Below, piece after piece: positions 37,382 through 46,519 of a stretch of DNA of 64,000 bases. The number at the start of each line of letters is the position of its first letter. Position 1 is the first letter of the stretch. This DNA comes from Dehalococcoidia bacterium (lineage in GTDB: Bacteria > Chloroflexota > Dehalococcoidia > Lucifugimonadales > Australimonadaceae): contig OZ244812.1 of the NCBI GenBank assembly GCA_965220205.1, positions 1,447,675 through 1,511,674 on the forward strand, in the 5' to 3' direction. The notes below the pieces were generated by a model, which saw only the letters and a program-made list of their open reading frames with translations, searched no databases and was not told where the DNA came from. A program made the translations under genes and the position numbers.

Positions 37382-38128
37382 CTAGGCGACGGGTGGGTCT
37401 GGCCATCGAACAAACGCTACTGAGCGGGATAGTCGCTGATAATCGGCGGAGGTGAGGTCAGACCGATAGAACAGAGCTTGCTCAATGGCCTCTGGCTTTC
37501 CTGCGTACCGGTCAACAATTCTCTCTGCATTTGTATGGGCATCGCCGTACTGTAGCACGACTACATAGCTACGGTAGTAGCCTGCATTTGGATCTCCCAG
37601 GTTCTCCTGTCTTGCATACCATGACCCGATGTCGATGAAGCGAATCACCTGGTCCCGTGCTTCGTCGTGTTTCGTGCGTTCACTAACGTCAGATTGATAC
37701 TTGGCTTCCACAAGCACTAGCCCTTGGTTTCCTAGCCTTATCAGGACATCAGGTTCAGAGAATCCTTCTCTTGTTGGTCGGCTCGGAGGTGGGGACAGCT
37801 TTGGCCAGCACTCCAGCTCGGTGGATGGCATCGCCTTCGGCGCACCAGGAGAAACTGATTCAGGGAACGCTTGACGCATAAGATGATCCAAGACTTCGCC
37901 GCGCTTCGCGCGATCGCCAAGTAGCGGGCTGAAGTAATACCAGGTGCGCGCATCTTCGGAATTCTCACTGAGAATCCGTGGCATGCCGCTCACCTTCCCT
38001 CTCGCGTAGGTTTCGGCTAGCTTGTCGCGGAACGACGGATGCGCCGTATCGGTGTGCCGGAGCAGGGGATGGGCATCCGCCGCTCTCCAAACCTTGACGC
38101 CGGAGTTGCTGACAACGTAGTCGTCCAT
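37382..38128 (-). CDS. hypothetical protein with PD-(D/E)xK nuclease-like motif, in a low-G+C islet
   Basis: 248-aa ORF; SEPDVLIRLGNQGLVLVEAKYQSD (PD...ExK spacing); G+C visibly lower than flanks; no family name recognised. Confidence 0.6.
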   Translation of the reverse strand: MDDYVVSNSGVKVWRAADAHPLLRHTDTAHPSFRDKLAETYARGKVSGMPRILSENSEDARTWYYFSPLLGDRAKRGEVLDHLMRQAFPESVSPGAPKAMPSTELECWPKLSPPPSRPTREGFSEPDVLIRLGNQGLVLVEAKYQSDVSERTKHDEARDQVIRFIDIGSWYARQENLGDPNAGYYRSYVVVLQYGDAHTNAERIVDRYAGKPEAIEQALFYRSDLTSADYQRLSRSVAFVRWPDPPVA

Positions 38129-38271
38129 TTCTATTCTCTTTCAGTAGAGGCGAGCAGCCCTTACAGGGAGGCAAACACCCTAACGTTTCGATTGGACGCA
38201 CCTTAACCTTGCAATCAGACGCGATATCTACCTGCAATTGGACGGAGTTGGAGCTGAGAACCAACGACCGC

Positions 38272-41200
38272 TTACGCCGCTGCGACCGGCTCTGTAGTCT
38301 CTAGCGTGAGAGCGTCTTCACGGCCCAAGGTCTGGCGCAAGCGGGACTCAAGATCGGCGCAGAACCCTGTGGTGATGATGGGCATCTCCAACCGCCAGTT
38401 CCGTCCCTCGCTGGTGATGAGGAGGTCGACCGCGTCGGCGCCGGGGTAGTCGAGCAGCGTCTTGAGCACCTCCTTGAGCAGGTGCGCGTCCTCCTCCGGG
38501 CGCTCCGTCTCGGTGAGATTGACGAGGAGCCGCCGCCTGGGCTCCACTGCGGCCGATTGCTCAGGAGGCGTCGAGACGGCAGCCGCCGATTGCTCAGGAG
38601 GGGGCGGGACCGAGACGGCAGCCGTCAACTCCTTCGAAGGCGGCGACGCGGCGGCGGGCGTCGTATCCGGAGGCCACTCGTGTACGCGAGGGCTCTCGAC
38701 CACCGGAGGCGGCGCGGCCGAGGACTCGGGTTGCGGTCCTGACGGCGGGTCGAACACGATGGCCTCGTCGCAGTGCACCGAGGGCTCGTCGTTGCGGCGG
38801 CGCAGGACCCCCTTGAGCTCGACCAGAGTCCCCTCGACCCAGAGCTCGGCGGTCGCCTCGTAGGCCTTGCTCCAGACGGCAACGTCGACAGTAGAGCCGT
38901 CGAATATCTCGAGCCCAACGAACGCGATGCGCCGCTGCTGCCTGTCGTATTGGAGCCTGGAGCTGTCGACGCGGCCGGCGAGCACCACCTTCTCGTTGTC
39001 CGGCAGCGCCTCGAGGTCTTCCTTGGAAAGGACGGCGCCGGGGGGAGCGAAGTGGGGGTCCAGGACTCTCGTAGTGAGCGCAACGCCAAGCAGCTCGCGC
39101 TCCCAGAGGCCCAGCTCGCGCTCACTGGGCTCAGGGGCCTCGGCAAGCTCCAACGCGGCGAGCGGCGTCGGGACCGACTGCCCGAACATGTCGAACATCG
39201 TCGACTGGCCCGACTCTTTGAGCTGCGCCTCCTGCTGGATGAGACGCATGATGGCGTCGATGCTCGCGAGGATACGGCCGCGGCCGCCGAAGGCGTCGAG
39301 GCCCCCCACCTTCGCGATGCTCTCGAGGACACGGCGGTTCGCGACCTCCGACCCGGCGCGGCGCGCGAACTCCTCGAGTGAAGTGAACGGACCGGAGGCG
39401 CGCCGTTCCTCGACGAGATCGGCGACGGCGCCCTCGCCAACGTTCTTGATAGACGCGAGACCGAAACGAATCGCCGCTCGGCCGTCGGGAGCAGTGTCGA
39501 TGGCGTACCCAACGTCGCTGCGGCTGACGTCCGGCGGCAGGACGGGGACGTCGAGACGGCGGCACTCCGACACCACGGCAGCTACCTTGTCGGCGTTGCC
39601 GTCCGAGGCGTTGAGCACGCAGGTCATGTATTCGACGGGGTAGTTGGCTTTGAAGTAGGCGGTCCAATAGGCGACTATGGCGTAGCAGACGCTGTGGGCC
39701 TTGTTGAACGCGTAGCCGGCGAACGGTTCGATGAGGTCGAAGACCTGCTCGGCCAAGGGCTTGTCGTAGCCGAGCCTTTCCGCGCCGGCAGTGAACTTGT
39801 CGCGCTCCTCGCGCATGAGGGAGGCGATCTTCTTGCCCATAGCCTTGCGCACGATGTCGGCCTCGCCCAGCGAGTAGCCGGCGAAGGTTCGGAGGATGTG
39901 CAGGACTTGGTCCTGGTAGACGATGGTGCCGTAGGTCTCTTCGAGGATCTCCCGGAGCGCCGGGTGGGGATACTGGATGGGAACCCTCCCGAACTTGGCG
40001 TCGATGTAGTGGCCGATCTGCTCCATGGGTCCTGGCCGGTACAACGCGACCATCGCAGCGAGCTCGGCGAGGCTCCCGGGACGAAGCTCCTTGATGAAAC
40101 GTCGCACTCCAGGGCTCTCGAGCTGGAAGATAGCTGTCGTCTCGCCCGACGCGAGCAGCGCGTAGGTGGCCTCGTCGTCGAATGGAATCGAGCCGAGCTT
40201 GACGTCCACGCCGCAGCGCTCTCGGACCATCCGGCGCGCATTGCTGAGGATCGTGTAGTTGATCAGGCCAAGGAAGTCCATCTTGAGCAGCCCCAGCTTG
40301 GCCACGGGCTCCATGGCGTACTGGGTCATGGCGACGCCCCCCTCGTCGCCCTTCGTTGGGCGCTGCAAGGGGAGGTGATCGGTGAGCGGGTCCTCGGAGA
40401 TGACGACGCCGGCGGCGTGAGTGCTGGCGTGGCGCACGACGCCCTCGAGCCCGAACGCCGTGTCGATGAGCTTGCGCATCGAGGGGTCCGCCTCGTACGC
40501 CTCGCGCATCTCATCGGACGACTCGTAGGCCGTCTGGAGGGTCATGCCGACACGGGTCGGGACGAGGCGCGCAATGCGGTCGACATCGGCATACGCCATC
40601 CCCAGGGCGCGCCCTGAATCGCGGATCGCCGCCTTGGCGCCGAGTGTGCCGAAGGTGATGATTTGCGCGACGTGTCCGGAGCCATAGCTATCGGTGACGT
40701 ACCGGATCGCCTCGTCGCGCCGGTCGTCCTGGAAGTCCATGTCGATGTCGGGCATCTCCTTGCGCTCGATGTTGAGGAAGCGCTCGAAGACGAGCCGGTA
40801 GTCGAGCGGGTCGATGTCGGTGACGCCAAGACAATAGAGCGCGAGGGAGGATGCCGCGCTGCCCCGAACGCCAAAGACGATGTCGTTGCGGCGCGCGAAG
40901 TCGGCGATGTCCCAGACGACGAGCATGTAGTTCGGGTACTGCGTCTCGGTGATGACGTCGAGCTCATACTCAAGTCGTTGCCGCGCCTCGCTTGGGGCAC
41001 CGTTGGGGTACCGCTCGTCGAATCCCTGCCAGCAGAGGCGCCGCAGGTAGGCGTCGGCGTCTTCGTTGCCCGGCGTCTTGTACTGCGGCAAGTGCAGGGA
41101 CGTGAAATCGAGGGTCATGTCGCACGAGGCGGCGATGCGCTCGGTCGCGGCGAGCGCCTCCGGGAGGTCGGCGAACAGCTCCGCCATCTCCGCGGGGCTC

Positions 41201-41928
41201 TTCAGGTAGTAGGACTCGTCGGACATTTTCAGACGAGAGTCGTCGGCGACGTTAGTGTTGGTCTGGATGCAGACGAGGACGTCCTGTAGCGGGGCGTCCT
41301 CCGGCCGGATGTAGTGGAGGTCGTTGGTGGCGACGATGGGGAGGTCGAGCTTGTCAGCCAGCCGCAAGAGGCTGCCGTTCAGTCCCTCAAGGAAGGGTAG
41401 GTTGTCGTGGCGCTGGAGCTCAACGTAGAAGTTGGGAATCGTGCCGGCGCACCAGCGGGCGAGCTCCTCCGCGGCCGCATCGTTGCCGTCGATGAGCAGC
41501 CGCGAGAGCTCCGACGATGGGCATCCCGATAGGACGATGAGTCCGTCGGCGTGCTCGGCGAGCAACTCCTTGTCGATGCGCGGCTTGTAGTAGAAGCCTT
41601 CGAGGTTGGCCCTGCTCACCAGCTGGACCAGGTTCTTATAGCCGACGTTGTTCTGCGCTAGGACGGTCAGGTGAAAGGGGTTCTTGTCGCTGCTGCGGCG
41701 CTCGAGGCGGCTGCCGCGGGCGACGTACAACTCGCAGCCGACGATCGGTTTGATGCCAGCGTTGACACAGGCAGAGTAGAAGTCGATGGCGCCGTACATG
41801 CCGCCGTGGTCGGTGAGGCCGAGGGCGTCCATGCCGAGCTCCTTGGCCTGTGCTACGAGCCCGTCGATGCGGCTCAGGCCGTCGAGCATGCTGTACTCAG
41901 TGTGGACGTGAAGGTGAGTGAAGGGCAC
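38272..41928 (-). CDS. dnaE: DNA polymerase III alpha subunit
   Basis: PHP domain FTHLHVHTEYSMLDG, polymerase core, OB fold; 1218 aa with Pro/Ala-rich repeat and extra C-terminal domain. Confidence 0.95.
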   Translation of the reverse strand: MPFTHLHVHTEYSMLDGLSRIDGLVAQAKELGMDALGLTDHGGMYGAIDFYSACVNAGIKPIVGCELYVARGSRLERRSSDKNPFHLTVLAQNNVGYKNLVQLVSRANLEGFYYKPRIDKELLAEHADGLIVLSGCPSSELSRLLIDGNDAAAEELARWCAGTIPNFYVELQRHDNLPFLEGLNGSLLRLADKLDLPIVATNDLHYIRPEDAPLQDVLVCIQTNTNVADDSRLKMSDESYYLKSPAEMAELFADLPEALAATERIAASCDMTLDFTSLHLPQYKTPGNEDADAYLRRLCWQGFDERYPNGAPSEARQRLEYELDVITETQYPNYMLVVWDIADFARRNDIVFGVRGSAASSLALYCLGVTDIDPLDYRLVFERFLNIERKEMPDIDMDFQDDRRDEAIRYVTDSYGSGHVAQIITFGTLGAKAAIRDSGRALGMAYADVDRIARLVPTRVGMTLQTAYESSDEMREAYEADPSMRKLIDTAFGLEGVVRHASTHAAGVVISEDPLTDHLPLQRPTKGDEGGVAMTQYAMEPVAKLGLLKMDFLGLINYTILSNARRMVRERCGVDVKLGSIPFDDEATYALLASGETTAIFQLESPGVRRFIKELRPGSLAELAAMVALYRPGPMEQIGHYIDAKFGRVPIQYPHPALREILEETYGTIVYQDQVLHILRTFAGYSLGEADIVRKAMGKKIASLMREERDKFTAGAERLGYDKPLAEQVFDLIEPFAGYAFNKAHSVCYAIVAYWTAYFKANYPVEYMTCVLNASDGNADKVAAVVSECRRLDVPVLPPDVSRSDVGYAIDTAPDGRAAIRFGLASIKNVGEGAVADLVEERRASGPFTSLEEFARRAGSEVANRRVLESIAKVGGLDAFGGRGRILASIDAIMRLIQQEAQLKESGQSTMFDMFGQSVPTPLAALELAEAPEPSERELGLWERELLGVALTTRVLDPHFAPPGAVLSKEDLEALPDNEKVVLAGRVDSSRLQYDRQQRRIAFVGLEIFDGSTVDVAVWSKAYEATAELWVEGTLVELKGVLRRRNDEPSVHCDEAIVFDPPSGPQPESSAAPPPVVESPRVHEWPPDTTPAAASPPSKELTAAVSVPPPPEQSAAAVSTPPEQSAAVEPRRRLLVNLTETERPEEDAHLLKEVLKTLLDYPGADAVDLLITSEGRNWRLEMPIITTGFCADLESRLRQTLGREDALTLETTEPVAAA

Positions 41929-42153
41929 AGGCGGGACCCCGCTGGCGGGTGGTGGCCGCCATTATAGTGAGGACGGGTTGGCGCGGCCATAAGCAAATCC
42001 GCAAGATTTGCACGCCTCGAATCACTTGACTACCGCATGGTGTAGCCAGCAGGCGTGACTTGCATCCCTTGGAGCCGCCGCCCGGCAACAGTCGATGGGC
42101 TGACCGTTCGTTGACCCGATTCCCGCGGCTCTGCTACGCTCGCTGGAAGAGTC

Positions 42154-43578
42154 ATGGCCGTCCACCCAGCCCCCCACGACCCCTCTTCGCGTTACGCCGA
42201 CGCTCTGCACCGGCTGCTGAGTCTCGCTGATCTCGAGCGCATGGTGGGGCCGTCCACTGCGCCGTACAAGCTGGACCTCGCCCGCATGCGCGAGCTCGCT
42301 CAACGGCTCGGCGCGCCGCAACTGACTGCCCCGGTGGCGCACGTCGCAGGCACGAAGGGAAAGGGCAGCGTGGCGGCGACAATCGCGAGCATCCTGCGGG
42401 CGTCGGGCCGCCGTGTGGGCCTGTTCACATCGCCGCATCTCCACACCTTCCGGGAACGGCTGCGGCTCGATGGCACGCCGTCCACGGAACTACAGTTCGC
42501 GTCGGCGCTGGAACGCGTGTGGCCGCACGTCGAGGCGATGAAGGCGGAAAGCCAGGAGGGGACTCCCACCACGTTCGAGACGCTCACTGCGATGGCGTTC
42601 AATCTGTTCCGGGACGAGGCAGTGGACGTGCAGGTGTTGGAGGTTGGCCTTGGCGGGAGGCTCGACGCGACCAACGTGGCGGAGGCGGCTGTACACGTGA
42701 TCACGTCGATCAGCCTCGACCACACGGCGATTCTCGGCGACACCCTGGCGAAGGTTGCCGGAGAGAAGGCTGGAATCATCAAGACGCCGGCTCCCGTGGT
42801 CGTCGCGCCGCAGCCGCCAGAGGCTATGGAGGTGATCCTGGCCAGGGCCGCCTCGATCGGGGCGCCGGTAACCCGCGTGGGGACGGACGTCACGATTGCT
42901 CCGCTCGAGCACAGTCTGAGCGGGCAGAGCTTCATCGTAAAGACGGCCGCGGGAGAGCACCGGCTAGCAGGGCGCCTGCTCGGCGAACACCAGCGGGAGA
43001 ACGTGGCGCTCGCGGTGGCGGCCGTGGAGGCGCTCGGGCTGCCCTGCCCGCCCGCGGCCTTCGTGGATGGCGTCGCGTCGGTGCGGTGGGACGGGCGCTT
43101 TCAGGTGCTCGCTCCGCTCCCGGGAGCGGAGCGCCGCGGACCAGTGGTAGTAGTCGATGGGGCGCACAACCCGTACTCCGCCGGGCGCTTGCGCGAGACA
43201 GCGCAGGAGTACGTCGCGCCCAAACGCACGACGCTGGTGTTCGGTTGCTCGCGGGACAAGGACCTCGAGGGGATGATCGACGCATTGTCGGGCCTCGCGA
43301 CGAGCGTGGTTGCTTGTGCGTCCCGACACCCGCGAGCGGTGGCCCCGGCGGAGGCGGCAGGCGCGTTCGAGCGCGCGGGCATACCCGCGCGGACGGCGCC
43401 CGACTTGCCCACGGCCCTTTCGATGGCGCAGGCCGAGTGCGGGACGGGCGACTTGGTGCTGGTCACCGGCTCGTTGTTCGTCGTGGCGGAGGCCCTCGAA
43501 GTGTGGTTCGGAATCGCGCCGGAGGTCTATCCGGAGCTCGACCCTGAGCAGGCATACGCGTCGGGAGGACGGCCGTGA
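42154..43578 (+). CDS. folC: bifunctional folylpolyglutamate synthase / dihydrofolate synthase (Mur ligase family)
   Basis: P-loop HVAGTKGKGS, ...SISLDHTAILG..., DGAHNPYSA. Confidence 0.88.
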   Translation: MAVHPAPHDPSSRYADALHRLLSLADLERMVGPSTAPYKLDLARMRELAQRLGAPQLTAPVAHVAGTKGKGSVAATIASILRASGRRVGLFTSPHLHTFRERLRLDGTPSTELQFASALERVWPHVEAMKAESQEGTPTTFETLTAMAFNLFRDEAVDVQVLEVGLGGRLDATNVAEAAVHVITSISLDHTAILGDTLAKVAGEKAGIIKTPAPVVVAPQPPEAMEVILARAASIGAPVTRVGTDVTIAPLEHSLSGQSFIVKTAAGEHRLAGRLLGEHQRENVALAVAAVEALGLPCPPAAFVDGVASVRWDGRFQVLAPLPGAERRGPVVVVDGAHNPYSAGRLRETAQEYVAPKRTTLVFGCSRDKDLEGMIDALSGLATSVVACASRHPRAVAPAEAAGAFERAGIPARTAPDLPTALSMAQAECGTGDLVLVTGSLFVVAEALEVWFGIAPEVYPELDPEQAYASGGRP

Positions 43579-44837
43579 CCGAGACGGCGCGGAACAGCAG
43601 GCCGCGCGTCGTTGTCACTGGCATGGGAGCGATGACGCCGCTGGGAGAGAGCGTGGCCGAGTTCTGGGAGGGCTTGGTGACGGGCCGCTCAGGCGTCGGC
43701 CCCATGCGGCAGGCGGATGCGACCGACTACCCTTGCCGGGTGTCGGGCGAGGTAAGCGGTTTCGACCCTGAGCGCTACATGGATAAGCGCGAAACCCGGC
43801 GCATGGCCCGCTTCTCCCAACTTGCTGTCGCGGCGGCTACCGAGGCGATGGCGGACGCCGGTCTGAGCCCGGATAGCTTCAACGCCGAGCGCATGGGGGT
43901 TGTGCTGGGCAACGGCAACGGCGGCCTCCCGGTAATCGACGAGAGTATGCGGGTGCTGGTCAATCGGGGCGGGATGCGCATGTCGCCTTTCTTCTTCCCA
44001 ATGATCCTGCCGAATATGGCGGCGGCGAACCTGAGCCGCATCTTCGGCGCGCTCGGCCCGAGCAACACCATTACGACGGCCTGTGCGGCGTCGACGCAGT
44101 CGGTAGGCGAGGCGGCGGAGCTGATCAAACGCGGCGCGGCGGATGTGGTCATCACCGGCGGGACGGAGGCAGGCATCAGCCAGCTCGGGCTCGCGGGGTT
44201 CGCGGTGATGCGCGCGCTCACGACCAAGAACGACGTGCCCGAGCACGCAAGCCGTCCGTTCGACGCTGACCGGGACGGTTTCGTGCCGTCGGAAGGGGCG
44301 GGAATCCTGATCGTCGAGTCGCTGGACCACGCGGCGCGGCGCGGCGCGCGGGTGCTGGCCGAGGTGGTCGGCTACGGCGCATCGTCCGACGGCCACCACC
44401 AATTCCAACCCGACGACGACGGCTCGGGCGCGGCCAGGGCGATACGCGCGGCGCTCTCGGACGCTGGAATCGGGCCGCACGAGGTCGACTACATCAACGC
44501 TCACGGGACATCGACGCCGCTGAACGACGCGTCCGAGACGCTGGCCATCAAGCGGGCGTTCGGAGACGCCGCCTACCGGCTGCCAATCAGCGCTACGAAG
44601 TCGATGATCGGGCATGCGTTGGGCGCCGCCGGCGCGCTGGAAGCGGTGGCGTGTGTGCAGACTGTCCGCACGGGCATGATCCATCCGACGATCAACTACG
44701 TTACGCCCGACCCGGCGTGCGATCTCGACTACGTGCCCAACGAGGCGCGCGCGGTGGATGTGAAGACTGCGCTCTCGAACAGCTTCGGGTTCGGCGGGCA
44801 GAACGCCTGTCTCGTGTTCACTCGATTCGAGGAGTAG
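43575..44837 (+). CDS. fabF: beta-ketoacyl-[ACP] synthase II
   Basis: GTG overlaps the folC stop; active-site context TACAAS, ...NAHGTSTP..., ...SMIGHALGAAG... Confidence 0.9.
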   Translation: MTETARNSRPRVVVTGMGAMTPLGESVAEFWEGLVTGRSGVGPMRQADATDYPCRVSGEVSGFDPERYMDKRETRRMARFSQLAVAAATEAMADAGLSPDSFNAERMGVVLGNGNGGLPVIDESMRVLVNRGGMRMSPFFFPMILPNMAAANLSRIFGALGPSNTITTACAASTQSVGEAAELIKRGAADVVITGGTEAGISQLGLAGFAVMRALTTKNDVPEHASRPFDADRDGFVPSEGAGILIVESLDHAARRGARVLAEVVGYGASSDGHHQFQPDDDGSGAARAIRAALSDAGIGPHEVDYINAHGTSTPLNDASETLAIKRAFGDAAYRLPISATKSMIGHALGAAGALEAVACVQTVRTGMIHPTINYVTPDPACDLDYVPNEARAVDVKTALSNSFGFGGQNACLVFTRFEE

Positions 44838-44905
44838 CGAGGAGCAGTGGGAGCTGCAGCTCCATCCTTTGCGCGCCCAGTCGGCAGCCTGGTATGATGA
44901 GACGG

Positions 44906-45139
44906 ATGAGCACCGAGAGCACACTCGTCGTCTACACACGTCCGGACTGCACCTATTCCGACGCGTTGTTGCACGACCTCAAGAAGGACGATGTTCCATA
45001 CGAGCAGATCGACTTGGAGGAGCACCCGGAGTTCGTCGAAGTGGTTGAGCGGCTCACCGGCGGCGACCGGGTGACGCCGGTCATGGTGGAAGGCGACTTG
45101 GTAATCGTCGGCTACCACGGTATAGGCTGAGCGTTCTAG
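44906..45139 (+). CDS. small glutaredoxin-like protein; C-terminus ...GIG-TGA-Ala-Phe-TAG, candidate U-x-x-stop selenoprotein
   Basis: MSTESTLVVYTRPDCTYSDALLHDLKKDDVPYEQIDLEEHPEFVEVVERLTGGDRVTPVMVEGDLVIVGYHGIG, then TGA (45128-45130) GCG TTC TAG (45137-45139). Starts at 44894 or 44897 are also possible. Confidence 0.7.
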
Positions 45140-45143
45140 AACG

Positions 45144-45162
45144 GACGGGCGGTCCGCCCGTC
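45144..45162 (+). other. SECIS-like hairpin 3' of the glutaredoxin-like TGA
   Basis: GACGGGCG-GUC-CGCCCGUC (8 bp; or 7 bp with loop GGUCC); loop at +25 to +27 from the U of UGA; no trailing U-tract. Confidence 0.4.
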
Positions 45163-45169
45163 ACACCGC

Positions 45170-45248
45170 GGCCCGGTGGTGTAGTCTGGTTCAACACGCC
45201 GCCCTGTCAAGGCGGAGATCACGAGTTCAAATCTCGTCCGGGTCGCCA
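45170..45248 (+). tRNA. tRNA-Asp (anticodon GUC), CCA encoded
   Basis: GGCCCGG UG GUGU AGUCUGGUUCA ACAC G CCGCC CUGUCAA GGCGG AGAUC ACGAG UUCAAAU CUCGU CCGGGUC G CCA. Confidence 0.92.
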
Positions 45249-45301
45249 GTTTCTCATTGCACAGGGGGCGAGAGCCCCTACCCCCACAAGCCCGTCCTCC
45301 G

Positions 45302-45862
45302 TCAGCAGCTTGCCCTCCACTCATCCTCGATGATGGCGTAGTAGTAAGAGTCCCGCCACTGGGCGTCCGACGGGAACTGCCGGTTGCGCAGGTGCAACCC
45401 CTCGCGGCGCATGCCGAGCTTCTCCATGACCCTGTATGACCCCGTGTTGCCCGTGTCGCAGGTTGCGAAGATACGGTGCGCTCCGAGTTGCTCGAACCCC
45501 AGCCGCAGCAGTGCGCCTGCGGCCTCCGTCGCGTAGCCGTTTCCCCATTGGTCGCGACGAAACGCGTAGCCAATCGACGCTTCCCGGCGCCTCGGGTTGA
45601 CCATGCCCACGCGGCATCCGCCGATCAGCTCCCCGCTCGTGGCAAGGGTCACGGCGAGCTCGAACGTAGTGCGCGGTTCGTCCTGCTGGGCCTGGAGGCG
45701 CCGCTCCATGAAGCTGTGCGTCACCGCCTCGGTGTTCGGCGGCAGGGCAAGCCACCGCATGACCTCGGGGTCCGAGCCGTAGCGGTGGACGGCGGTCCAG
45801 TCGTCGTAAACGTAGTCCCGGATGAGGAGCCGCGGAGTGCGGATGGGGTCGATAGTGGGCAT
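45302..45862 (-). CDS. GNAT family N-acetyltransferase (RimJ/RimL-like)
   Basis: RTPRLLIRDYVYDDW...; FRRDQWGNGYATEAAGALLRLGFEQLGAHRI. Confidence 0.85.
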   Translation of the reverse strand: MPTIDPIRTPRLLIRDYVYDDWTAVHRYGSDPEVMRWLALPPNTEAVTHSFMERRLQAQQDEPRTTFELAVTLATSGELIGGCRVGMVNPRRREASIGYAFRRDQWGNGYATEAAGALLRLGFEQLGAHRIFATCDTGNTGSYRVMEKLGMRREGLHLRNRQFPSDAQWRDSYYYAIIEDEWRASC

Positions 45863-46025
45863 GGAGGCCTCGCAGGCGGACGACAGGCGAAACGGAAGAT
45901 AGCTGGTCTGGCGCGGCGGCGCGACCCGTCGGCGTCTGGACCGAACGGGCCGCTACGAGCCGCGTGCTCCCACCTCCACGGCGGCGGAGCGTTGCGGCAA
46001 GCGCGCGCCGCGTTCGGTCCGAAGA

Positions 46026-46202
46026 CTAGGCTGCTAGCTCTTCGGACTCGTCGTGCGCCTGGAGGGAGTCGTCCTCCAGCCCCATTGCGCTGAGGAGCGC
46101 TTCGCGCATCCCCGGGGCGGGGCTGTTCATGGCGAAGAGGCTGAACTCGGCGGTGAACCGGTCCGCGTTGCGGTTGGACCTCAGGAAATTGATCAGGTGC
46201 AT
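46026..46202 (-). CDS. hypothetical small protein
   Basis: 58-aa ORF from ATG 46202 preceded by AAGGAAA: MHLINFLRSNRNADRFTAEFSLFAMNSPAPGMREALLSAMGLEDDSLQAHDESEELAA; no family recognised. Confidence 0.35.
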   Translation of the reverse strand: MHLINFLRSNRNADRFTAEFSLFAMNSPAPGMREALLSAMGLEDDSLQAHDESEELAA

Positions 46203-46519
46203 GTCGGTTTCCTTTCTGCGATGGTGAATCGCATGACAATGCCGGGCGGCGTCAGTCGCCATACCGTGGAGGCGCGCGGCGCCGCGGCTCGATGGGACAC
46301 TCGGTGTCAATGCCGGGGCGGGTCCCGCGGGGTGGCCGGTGGAGCCGCCTGGAGCGGCGGCGTTGGCCCTGAGAGAGGCGGGACCCCGAAGGACCCTTGG
46401 GTCCTGTCCGGAGGCTCTGTGTACATAGTAGCACACGACGCTTTACGACGCAAGCTCACGTATTTCGCATTTTCTGCCACGGGTTTCGCATCACGGGCGC
46501 CTGGTAGACTAGCCTGGCC

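Noticed and set aside
41961-42011. Promoter/operator signals in the dnaE-folC divergent spacer (a minus-strand TATAAT at 41966-41961 and the palindrome GCAAATC-N5-GATTTGC at 41993-42011)
   Set aside because: No acceptable -35 lies at 16-19 nt from the TATAAT, and the palindrome is a single occurrence; this is not enough for a call.
45170-45248. Possible tRNA-Sec, because the gene lies next to a Sec candidate and contains TCA in the anticodon loop
   Set aside because: The loop reads CU-GUC-AA with U33 in place, giving anticodon GUC (Asp). The fold is a standard 7/5 cloverleaf with a short variable arm, not the 8/5 long-arm tRNA-Sec architecture.
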